Shown: positions 22,993 to 33,064 of the stretch, in pieces
Numbering within the stretch: the first letter of the stretch is position 1
Layout: the number at the start of each line of letters is the position of its first letter
Assembly: GCF_022045235.1 (NCBI RefSeq)
Contig: NW_027266330.1
Span: 19,530,001 to 19,594,000 of the forward strand
Source: Haliotis cracherodii
Taxonomy: Eukaryota
Reading direction: 5' to 3'
DNA: 64,000 nt
Made by a program: the position numbers and the translations under genes
The notes under the pieces: generated by a model
Seen by the model: the letters and a program-made list of their open reading frames with translations, nothing else
The model's database searches: none
What the model was told of the DNA's origin: nothing

Positions 22993-24051
22993 CTATCTGC
23001 TTTGAGGAGCTCCTGACTGCAACCGGGCATTACAAACACGTTGCAAATGTCCCACTCTCTGACAATAATGACACCTTATATTACGGGCGGGACATCTATC
23101 AGGGTGAGAGAAATCATACTCACCACCGCATCTGTAACAGGGGCGTGCCCGAGCCATGGTCCGTCCAGTGTTGTACTGTGTGCGTTGAGGAGGGGGCTGG
23201 CGTCTCTGCTGGTGTGGTCCGTCCGGATACGAGAGTGGCTGGAACTGCTGTCGGGGAGGCTGCCACGGCCGAGTTGTATACCTAGAGGACTGTCTGGGGG
23301 GTTGGGAATATCGATTCTGTCGTGACTGGAAGGTATTAATCTGGGACGACGATGGTGCGAGCTTTGCCGCGAGTGTAGCAATCTGGTCTCTCAGAGTATC
23401 AATTGCCAACTTGACACCTGTATTTTCTGCAATTTGAGGGATTATGGATCGAGCCAAACGTGCAAACGAAACAGCTTCGTTCAGAGCTGTCGGCTGTTTT
23501 ATTAGCACGTGTTGCCTCGTACAGTCATCCAGTCCCCGAACAAATGCATCCATCAAGTCCATGTCAGTCTTACCTAATAGGCTAGCTGTCTGGGTCAAAT
23601 CCGCTAAATACGTGTCTATAGGTTCAGTTGGGGATAACCTACGACTCACGAAAGATTCTAGAAGGGCCCACCGGTCAGTTGGGTGGACGTACTTGTCCCT
23701 GAATAATTTCTCTACCTCATCCAAAATGATGATATCTTCCCCTAGCGATTGTATAAGATCTTTGTACCAGAGATACGCAGAGTCCTTCAAAAATAGTGGA
23801 AAAACTTCTACTTTCTGTGCGTCAGTCCACTTTTTAAAGTTTCCAAAATGAAGGAAACGGTCAAGCCATTCCGCAGCATGAGTCGTGTCTCTGCCAGTGA
23901 AATGTTCTGGCATCAAGGTCGAATCTCCCATATTGAAGTCAGGGGGTGGATTTTGTGCGTCGGGGCCTGAGGACGAACTTAATGAGGAAACGTCAGGGAG
24001 AACACAAGCGTACTGATGTAAAAGCTCGTCGGTAGAGGGAGATAAGTCCAA
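22993..24051 (-). CDS. gag: Inner element Gag with two zinc knuckles
   Basis: PEHFTG...EWLDRF capsid-like region; CYRCGGEYDFSHPDRC and CHYCQRVGHLQRVC knuckles. Likely ATG at 23931, or a frameshifted N-terminus from 24230. Confidence 0.9.
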   Translation of the reverse strand: MDLSPSTDELLHQYACVLPDVSSLSSSSGPDAQNPPPDFNMGDSTLMPEHFTGRDTTHAAEWLDRFLHFGNFKKWTDAQKVEVFPLFLKDSAYLWYKDLIQSLGEDIIILDEVEKLFRDKYVHPTDRWALLESFVSRRLSPTEPIDTYLADLTQTASLLGKTDMDLMDAFVRGLDDCTRQHVLIKQPTALNEAVSFARLARSIIPQIAENTGVKLAIDTLRDQIATLAAKLAPSSSQINTFQSRQNRYSQPPRQSSRYTTRPWQPPRQQFQPLSYPDGPHQQRRQPPPQRTQYNTGRTMARARPCYRCGGEYDFSHPDRCPARNIRCHYCQRVGHLQRVCNARLQSGAPQSR

Positions 24052-24396
24052 ACTCTGTTCAGAAATAGGGGAGAGGGTTCCTGGGGAGGAGGCGGCGGTG
24101 GGGGTGGTTGGGAGGGAGGTTTTGTTAGGACAACTCGGGGGGAATTCGAGAAAATCGTACCAGTAAGGAGGCGAGCTGGGGCAAGACGGTCACCTGACGG
24201 AGATGTATCAGAATTTGGTGTATGAGACATTACCAGCCCAACTACACCATGTAAGTCCAGAATACCCTATCCATACGTCAAAATGAAACCGTACCTTCAA
24301 ACGTAAGTCTGGGTGGGGCGATGGAATTGAAGGATGGGAACGACAATACGAAAAACAAAGAATGGGATCGTCTTAAACATTTTGTTCAAGAGAAAA

Positions 24397-24412
24397 CCCG
24401 CATACTCCACCA
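24397..24412 (-). promoter_or_regulatory. Primer binding site, tRNA-Ala-like
   Basis: TGGTGGAGTATGCGGG directly follows the 5' LTR; complementary (1 mismatch) to a tRNA-Ala 3' end CCCGCATTCTCCACCA. Confidence 0.75.
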
Positions 24413-24958
24413 TGTCGTAACTGCCTTTGGACATCCAGTGCGACCCTGCAACAGTTACTAAATGTATTGCCGTTCCTGGTCCTTGTGGTCAATTAAGCCA
24501 TGACATTGCCACTCGCCTTGTCCACCGAGGCTCGGCTGCGTCAAGGAGTTATTGGTCTAACGACCCTTACTCCAAGTTGTCTCTATCAGCATTCACACAC
24601 GCATAATAAAGAAACGCAACACCAGTTTATACTCACATAGTTTTACTTACTCTCAGCCCATCTATCAATACAGGACAGGATCAGACTGGCCAGGCTCGTC
24701 ACTAGCTGGGGGAAACTTAGAACGATCGGGATTCGACTCGATCGATTGCAAACCGCGCTCTCCTCTCCTAATGTTGAAGGTATCATTTTATATAGTGTTC
24801 GAGCCTGGCCTGTCCTTGTCACATGTCACAATACCTCATTTTGATTCTTTAAAAGTTAGATCTGACCATGAACTCATGCAACTCCTCATTGCAGCTATAA
24901 TGGTTTTATTTGTTACCATTTTCTAATGTTTCTGAGATGCATTTTTAACCTTATAACA
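24413..24958 (-). repeat. Inner element 5' LTR (546 bp, TG...CA)
   Basis: tgtcgtaa...ttataaca; direct repeat of 15797-16339. Confidence 0.95.
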
Positions 24959-25469
24959 CTTCTAATTCTATTTGGAAATAACCACTTTTTAAATCCAGCA
25001 CAGTGTAATACTTTGCCTCGCCCAAATCTGATCTCACATCTTCCATGTGCGGGAGAGGGTAGCTGTTTTGCCTTAACCGACGGTTCAACATTCTTATGTC
25101 TATACATACTCTCAGTGGTTTGTGCGGCTGTTGTACTAACACTACTGGAAAAGCATATTCGCTCGTAGACGGTCTGACAATACCTGCATCTAACAGATCC
25201 TTAATCTTCTGTTCTAACTCTGGTATTTGATTTAGAGGTACCCGGTAGGGTTTCTGCCTAAAGGGGGACTGACCCCCTGTGTCCAATTCTGCCTTGATAA
25301 CGTCAGTCTTTCCTAATTTCATATCCGACTCTACAAATAGTTCTGAATTTGCTCTAAATATTTTCCGTATTGCATAGCGCTGGCCGGGCGGTACATGGTC
25401 AAGTTGTATTTTTCTCAATTTGGCTGTCGTAGGTGTTACTTCTGCTGTTCTTACATGAGTAGTCCCCAC
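24959..25469 (-). pseudogene. pol: Outer element RT N-terminal fragment
   Basis: FRQKPYRVP...IVRPSTSEYAFPVVLV...RVCID.RMLN...YPLPHMED...LDLKSGYFQI, cut by the inner LTR before the YxDD motif. Confidence 0.9.
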
Positions 25470-25752
25470 TCTCCGTATTTGTTCTTCTCAATACCTCTAT
25501 TCTGTGTCTTTCCCTTGCCAGTACTCCTTCTATCCTTCTCCCTTGCATTAGAGAATGATATGCAGTAATAATCTGGGCGGAAGAATTTTCTTGATGCTCC
25601 GTGCCACAAAACTTATGGTACACTATCCAAGCGTTTAGCAGGGGAGACCTTCCTACCCTTTCCCCTAAATTCCTTTCTATGGTTGCTGCACTAACCGGAC
25701 TAACTCTGGCTAGTTCTAATGCTACGTCCCACGGTAGGGAATGGGCGTTCAT
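25470..25752 (-). pseudogene. Outer element first ORF remnant (probable gag N-terminus; rest of gag and protease deleted)
   Basis: ATG ORF about 270 bp after the 5' LTR that abuts the pre-RT region; no capsid, knuckle or protease motifs remain. Confidence 0.45.
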
Positions 25753-26017
25753 TCTATTTCCATCAATTACCTTCCTTTTTAATTTTACTTATATCTATAT
25801 ATTTCCTTAACTTAGTTCTTTGTTAGTTAATTTCTTCTTAACTAAAATCTATACACTAAATGCTAGCAGAACAAATTGAGTCATTTAGGGCAAAACTTAC
25901 CTTGAGAGATTTTCCTAACTGTATTGGTTCCTGGGGTGCTCCTGATTGGAGATTTGTTGTCCAAGATCCGGGTTTCTTGCAGCACCATAACATTTCGACT
26001 CCGGGATCAGTCTAGCT

Positions 26018-26834
26018 TGTAACCTGGGTCCTTTTTCTTGATCTTCGCAATCAGGAGACACCACAGCAGGAACACAACGACTTGTTTCAAGTTGAGATAA
26101 GTTTTATTCAAACGGTTTTGAATAAGGTAAAACAGATACCGCACAAACGTGCTGGCAGCAATCTGAGTTACTTAGAAGCGCAGTGACCTCTGACCTATCT
26201 ACTTGCGTCCCGCAAACCGTTCTCCCCGAATGACGATTTTCAACCTCGTTTTATCCTTAAACTTTTCTACATCATTCTAATGATAAATTACTATGACGTC
26301 ATGAGGTTCACCAGCACGTCACTATTTATTATTATGAAGACTGAGTAGTTAAACAGCTTCTTAGTGACTTATCCGAGGTTTTGACCTCGTATTCTAAGGT
26401 TAATCTCATCTATCAAGTCCTTGATATACCTACAACTATGGAGGTCGGACCAGTTCTCTCCTCGTACAATTCGTATAGTTAATGCTATCTAATAATTTCT
26501 CTTCAATCACCTTGGCTGTTTCGTGACAACCTTAACTCTCTACTTGACTCCGAGATGTCATATTCCTCCCCGTACTCTACACCCTGTCATTCTCAATAGA
26601 AAACCAATTAATTAAATATAATTGGTCGCCACCTGCGCTCCTCGTACATATAGTTATACAACGTGAGTACATTAACAAACCATGTAGTTGTACATATTAA
26701 TTCCTTCACATCATTTCATATCATAGTCAATTTAACACTTTCATATTAATATATAATTCATGTACACAAATATACTTGCATTTATCTTAATTATTTATAT
26801 ATAATTATAACCGGGAGTGCAACCCCTGGTTACA
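26018..26834 (-). repeat. Outer element 5' LTR (817 bp)
   Basis: Inverted termini tgtaacc/ggttaca; - strand AATAAA near 26103-26108; CRE palindrome TGACGTCA at 26294-26301. Confidence 0.88.
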
Positions 26835-28444
26835 CATGCCAAATTGACTTGATTACAAGCACAATATTGACCCAATGGACCTCCCTCTCCTTCACCCTCC
26901 TATTGACGGAAGCTATTGTCTGGTCTAGGTTCTTTGCTATATTTCTATGGCGAGGTGTCGGATAGATTTGCCATTTTGCAACATTAAAATCTGTCAATGT
27001 CAAAAGAAAATAACTGTGATTGTACGTACGCTTCTTATAATAAAAGACTGGACTTATGGCCTCCAGAACGTAGACTGGTTTCCCGTGCGTTCCTGCGACA
27101 GACTGCGAAGGAAGAGCAGGGACACTGACACCAAGCGGAGGATCTGGGAACCAGTGCGTGTTTGTGTGTTTCTTAGGCGAGTTCATAGTGCCATAGTCCA
27201 CTGTGATCCCACGGGATACCCCAGTGAGACACAGTATACAGTCTCTGAGCTCGAGCCGACCTGGCCTTCCTAAATGCAGAGCGTCAGGCAGGGTAATAAC
27301 AAGTGCCATCTGTTAACGTCTTTTGGTATGACGAGGCTGGGGATCGAACCACAGAGATTGCGCTCCCTCATGCTTGATTATATATCCCTATAAGGGAACA
27401 TTTTAAGATAAAACCAAAGATTTTTGAGATTTTCGTTATAACACGCATGTAGAGGCCGGATTGACATGCACATTTCTGTTTTCCCATATTGAATTCGCTC
27501 AAAATTGCTCTGTTACTGAGCCGAATGTATAAATGTTTAAACTCTAAGATAAGAAGTCACTGGATCATGGTCAAGTTTGGTATTTTAACTAAGTACAATG
27601 TTTTTACCACGCTTGCCGCGATCAGTAGTGTTCGACCTTCACCTCACTACACGTCCACTTGGATGGCTTTATGTCGGCGGCAAGTCGATGTCAGCGAGTA
27701 GTTTATATTTGTACATCTGTATTGAATTTATCGAATCTGGACCAGATAAACCAACAGTAGGTTGTAGCATCACCGACCCCACGGAATAATGATACATAGT
27801 TATCCTCTAGTTCACTGTCAGCGCCCGTACACCCAGGTACATCACACCTCGATATTGGTTGCTAAAGTATCACGCTAGTTCGGATTTTAACACATATAGA
27901 AGAAGCTTCATTACCAGAATCTTCAAATCAATATAAACCAGATGATATGTTTTGTCTTCACAAACAGTTGACCTTTGCTTTGGATTTCCTGCATTGCCTG
28001 TAAGATAAAACACATTCGTGATCTCTCGTGTCTTTACGGGAAATACCGAATACGGGAAAGGGATTAGAAACGATCCATTCTGCTTGTCTCGAAATGAATA
28101 CGAGAGGTCACGAATGGAAACGATAGGGTTCAACGCAAACTTGACCCAATCCGGCTTGTTCCGTTGTGGATTCACACAACCTTTCTCTTGGACTGGTTGT
28201 CTGATTCTGTATAACGTTTTATTTCTACCAAGGAATGCGTGAACAAGGTCATATTATTCATCGGAACCAGCCCAAGAACGCCCTCAACATCGAGGCTGGT
28301 TTCAGATAACGAACCCCCTGGATAACCCTGCAAACCATCGAGACTTACTCATGCGCATTCCCAGAACGGGTTATAGGCAGTTTCAGTGTTGGCCAGATAG
28401 CCCACACTGGGAGTACAGGATAACATGGTAAGGCTATTATTATC

Positions 28445-28838
28445 GCTACTACTACTGCTACTACTACTACTGCTGCTGCTGCTGCTACTACTACTACTAC
28501 TACTACTACTACTGCTGCTGCTACTACTACTACTACAGCTGCTGCTACTACCTCTACTACTGCTGCTACTACTACTACTACTACTGCTGCTGCTGCTACT
28601 ACTACTACTACAACTGTTGCTACTGATGCTGCTGCTGCTACTACTACTACAACTACAGCNNNNNNNNNNNNNNNNNNNNNNNNNNNNNNNNNNNNNNNNN
28701 NNNNNNNNNNNNNNNNNNNNNNNNNNNNNNNNNNNNNNNNNNNNNNNNNNNNNNNNNNNNNNNNNNNNNNNNNNNNNNNNNNNNNNNNNNCTGGGAGAAC
28801 TGGATATAACTTGGAAAGGCTACTACTACTACTACTAT

Positions 28839-28870
<32 letters not shown>

Positions 28871-28873
28871 GTA

Positions 28874-28908
<35 letters not shown>

Positions 28909-28935
28909 GCTACTAATGCTGCTGCTACTACTACG
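28445..28935. repeat. (CTA/CTG)n microsatellite spanning assembly gap 28660-28790
   Basis: Direct sequence. Confidence 0.95.
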
Positions 28936-28942
28936 ACAACTG

Positions 28943-29290
28943 ACCGCCTCCGTGGTCTAGGGGTTGAGCGTCTGCCCGGAGAGACGAAGGTCACACCAAA
29001 ACACGTGGTACCAAGATGGTACTTGTTGTTACTCTGCCTGGCGCTCGGCCTTAAGGGGCTAACAAGGATTGGTCGGCTCGGAGTCAGTAAACTGTGTCTG
29101 AGTGGGGTATGCATGTTAAACTGCGGCATGATATCTCAGTGGGCTTCCACTTTAAAACCGGCATCAGTCCGAACTAGTCCTGTACTTTGTCCTAGCTAGT
29201 AGTAGCAACCACATACACACATGCATGTACGTAGCCTTTTCAGTGCAATAATCTTGAGCGCGACGTTAAAAAACATTTCACCTCACCTCA
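28943..29290 (+). mobile_element. SINE family C
   Basis: accgcctccgtggtctag...ctgcctggcgctcggccttaaggggct...gcgacgttaaaa. Confidence 0.85.
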
Positions 29291-29479
29291 CCACAACTAC
29301 TTCTACTTCTACAGCTGCTACGTATTTGACAAATACACCGATTTCTGCTGTGATCTTTATTATTGTGCTACTACCACTCTACTATTGTTATTACTTCTTA
29401 CTGCTACTGATTAGCCTACTAACAGGCAGCTATATTCGTCTGGAGCATTTCTTTTTGCGACTCAAAAACAAGCAACCTA

Positions 29480-29512
<33 letters not shown>

Positions 29513-29552
29513 GTTGCTATTGCTGCTGCTACTACTACTACCACTTCTTGTA

Positions 29553-29717
29553 GGAGCGGTGGTGTAGCCTAGTGGTTAAAGCGTTCGCTCGTCACGCCGA
29601 AGACCCGGGTTCGATTCCCGACATGGGCACGATGTGAGAAGCCCATTTCTAGTGTCCCCCGCCGTGATATTGCTCGAATATTGCTAAAGGCTGCGTAAAA
29701 CCATACTCACTCACTCA
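29553..29717 (+). mobile_element. SINE family A
   Basis: Full head and tail, inserted in the CTA tract. Confidence 0.9.
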
Positions 29718-29735
29718 TTACTACTACTACTACTG

Positions 29736-29770
<35 letters not shown>

Positions 29771-31064
29771 GGTTACAGGCCGGCAAAGCCACATTTCGAA
29801 AATAGATAGCCCAAATTGATGTGGCGCTCCCGGCAATGGTTATGGTTGCGTGATTGTATAATGTGGCTCTCGCGGCTATGCTGTCAAAACATGCTTTGTG
29901 ATTCTAACAGGTTACCGTATATCACAAAACAAGTCTTGTTTTCTCATTTCTTATTCAACAAGGATAACATATTCATCAGAACTTTACATTGATGAATATG
30001 AATAGCATATGAATATCATAATGGATCATAACTGCAGATGAAGGAGGTCGCCCACGTGGTCAGCATATTCCATCTCACTCAGGTGTTGGTTCAGGAGCTG
30101 GATCTTGAGGGACGCAATACGTGCATCGATTGCCTTGTTCTTCGTGAAGGTTCTGACCACTGGTGAGAGAGTCTGAGGACTGCAACCTCTTTGAGTGACT
30201 GCTCTCGCTGAAATAGCTTCACTACCTCGTAGATGTTCGGGTGGCACTTCTTGGCAAGTTTCTTTATCTTGTTGTGCCACCCTTCCAGGTGATTGTTGGT
30301 ACGGTGGCCTTGGTTTTCGAAATGGTTCCAAATCTCTGGCATTAAGGCCTGTCCTTGAACCCAACTGGTTGTCACGTAGTCCATGAAAGCAGTCACTTTA
30401 GGGCCAGCAGGAGAGTCAGCAATGGCATCAAGCCACACATCATCCACTTTGTCACTTTGTGAAAGAAACACCCTCTAACTAATGTTCCAGGAAATACATC
30501 AGTCACGGCATTGTGAGCTGCACGTTCAAAGTCCAACTGAATTGTAAGTGGGGCAAACTCTAGACCTCCTCTACTAGCAAAATCGCATAGGTACTGAAAC
30601 ATGTTGACATAACACTCTTTTTTTCGATTGGACAACAAACAGTAAACTAATAGAAACATATGGCCAAACACCTCAGCATGTAAACAATAAATCTGATCAA
30701 ACAACTTGGGACAGGCATAAAATGTACCATCACAAAATACAATGTCTGCAGTACACAAATGTTCAATGTTCTTGTCTGTAGTGAAGATGAGGATGTCGTC
30801 ACTAACACGGTGTAGGAACTGGTCGCCTCATTTAAAGGTATCTCTAAAGAACACCACGCTTAGTAATTTAAATGTGAGATACTCATTTAAAGGTATCTCT
30901 AAAGAACACCACGCTTAGTAATTTAAATGTGGGACACTCATTTAAAGGTATCGGTAATCGGATTAATTAATTACCCGCTAGAATAGGTGAAATGCACTCA
31001 GCTGAAAATGTGGCTCTACCGGCAATAGCCATTTCTGAAATGTGGCGCTCCCGGCTAGACACCC
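29771..31064 (-). mobile_element. Internally deleted Mutator (MULE) DNA transposon
   Basis: Transposase motifs FCDGTFYACP...LVYCLL...LDFERAAHNAV..VFP...RGCFFH and RTNNHLEGWHNK...HPNIY; imperfect TIRs sharing gccgg..gccacatttc; CTA repeats on both flanks. Confidence 0.85.
30827..30952. repeat. 55-bp tandem duplication (2.3 copies) inside the MULE
   Basis: Units start at 30827, 30882 and 30937. Confidence 0.9.
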
Positions 31065-32540
31065 TACTACTACTACCACTACAAATACGGGCGTTCCTCC
31101 CACATGAAGCTGACACGATCTGATATAACTGGAAAATTAGACTGCTGCGACGTTAAACTCACTCAAACACTACTGCTGCTTCTACAAGTCTGCCGATGCT
31201 AACAATATACAAACAATATTAAAATATAATGCAATTGTAAAGCGTCTGACTTCAAACTTGGTAAGGAGCTCAGCGCTACACGATAGTATTACCCCGGTCA
31301 ATAAATCAGTGTGCACTCGAATTTCATTCACATCCCCCTGAGGAGTATGCAAACCAAGATGCCTATGAGGCTCTAGAACGTTAACAATCACCATCTCATC
31401 CACCATGCCATCCTACCGGGTACCCATTCGTTGCTGTGTGAATCGAGGCATACTTCGAACAAGGACACTTAATTGTTTACGGAGACATCACATGTTGCGT
31501 ACTTCGTTATGGGGAGGGACCAAAGTCCTAGAAACTATACCAGTGTAAAATACACTCAATATTGTTCCAATATGTTATGTAAATATTAGCATTTTCTGAT
31601 ATAATTGTTAACTAAATATAAATGGAATCAAAATATTCATAAAGGTTTCATTACCTACAACATATCAACAAGCAATTAAATCTTGTAGACGTTCACGTGT
31701 CACACTGAACACTGACAGCTACATAGCAGTCTACAGTGATGTAAGATGGACGTATCCATCAAACCCATCGCCCAAAGTGAATTCTATTGCCCAGAGGCCG
31801 CAGTCACACCGGCGTAGAAGTTAATATTATGTAATAATACAGCATCATTACCTCGTGACGTATCATCGGTCAACAATTAGATGAAGACAATGCACAATTC
31901 ATTGACTAGGGAATCACTCAAAGTCAAAATGTACGAGGCGATTACTATAAAAGTCAAGCATCTCCACTGGTCAGTACACAACACCACTGACAGTAAACTG
32001 CTTGACTGTAATCGTTCCTCTTCTTCTTATTAAGGTATAATCAAGTTCCCAAACCCGGGACAAAACCTTGATTATAAAACTTTCAAGAGGCAAGCTTGCC
32101 GAATACTGTCACCCATCCAGCTACTCTCCACGATCAACATTGCTCAAATAAACGCTTCAAATGTCGGATTGTAAAATTATAGACCTTTTTATAACAGCGT
32201 GAAGCCCCATGACACAGCCGATGCATAACGTAACAAAACACTTAATAGACAAATACAATTTACAAGCATGATTACTTTTCCAGAAACAGATTATAGCTCA
32301 AACAGACAGATAGCGCCAGCGCTGCCGCGAGCAGACTGCCTTCGCGTGGTGGAGATATTGTTTGCAGGTGTTGCATTGTAAAAAGGATGGAAGCCGTGAC
32401 GAGCCATAACTCAACTTCCTGGAGTATTGTTGGGGTAGTTTTGTGGTTAATGTTGTTCGTTTTCTCACATGGGTACAATTTGGGATTTGGTCATTGAATT
32501 GCCACATAAACAAACAGGATAAAATATATTTACGGTATAC

Positions 32541-32698
32541 TCCGAGCCGACCAGTCCTTGTTTTAGCCCCTTAATGCCGAGCGCAAGACAGGGTAACAAC
32601 AAGTACCATCTTTTAACGTCTTTTGGTATGACGCGGCCGGGGATCGAACCCCGGACCTTCCGCTATCCAGGCAGAGTATCTATCCACAAGACCACGGA
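32541..32698 (-). mobile_element. SINE family C, 5' half
   Basis: Reverse complement of the family C head and core. Confidence 0.8.
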
Positions 32699-32775
32699 TG
32701 ATGATACACATTAATATGATGCCAACGTATACACATATATAAGGCTCTCGTACTACTACTACTACTACTACTACT

Positions 32776-33064
32776 GGGGGCACGGGTGGCCCAGTCGTCT
32801 AAGGCGCCGCGATTCGCTGTGCAGAGTTGCGTCCCTTGGGCACGCCAGAAACCTATGATTGTGGGTTCGAATCCCGGTTCGCCACGATTATGTTTCTAGG
32901 TTTGTCAGCACCATACCCGTGCTCGTGGGTTTCACCGAAGTGGTAAACGTCTGAGACCTCCATCACTTCGGGCTTTCCTCCCACATTAAGCTGACACGCC
33001 GTGATATAACTGGAATACTGTTAAAAGCGGCATAAAACCCAACTCTCTCACTCACTCACTCACT
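32776..33064 (+). mobile_element. SINE family B, full length
   Basis: Near-identical to 40744-41023 and the reverse complement of 54157-54430. Confidence 0.9.

Larger units (their letters stand above)
15797..24958 (-). mobile_element. Inner Ty3/Gypsy LTR retrotransposon with accessory ORFs (nested, defective)
   Basis: Two ~545-bp LTRs about 98% identical, PBS, PPT, and gag-PR-RT-RH-IN order. Confidence 0.95.
11312..26834 (-). mobile_element. Outer env-bearing Ty3/Gypsy LTR retrotransposon (defective; hosts a nested element)
   Basis: Termini TGTAACC...GGTTACA, shared LTR sequence 11312-11601 / 26018-26315, 4-bp TSD cacg/catg (one CpG-type mismatch), RT-IN-env order on the - strand. Confidence 0.92.

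Noticed and set aside
23041-23851. Antisense ORFs overlapping gag (and similar ones over env, pol and ORF3)
   Set aside because: Expected shadow frames of coding sequence; no independent signals.
26830-27309. 159-aa - strand ORF beside the outer 5' LTR
   Set aside because: Starts within a SINE C fragment; no recognisable motif or splice support.
27870-28430. Coding-looking ORFs on both strands
   Set aside because: No recognisable domain and stops in the + frames; cannot be supported as a gene.
28425-29553. Poly-Leu/Val/Tyr ORFs (also poly-Thr/Val at 41776-42514)
   Set aside because: Translations of trinucleotide microsatellites and N gaps.
29553-29630. tRNA-Asp-like genes (A/B boxes, GTC loop) at SINE A heads
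   Set aside because: Each continues into a shared SINE body and tail, several with TSDs, and lacks a proper acceptor stem; these are SINEs, not tRNA genes.
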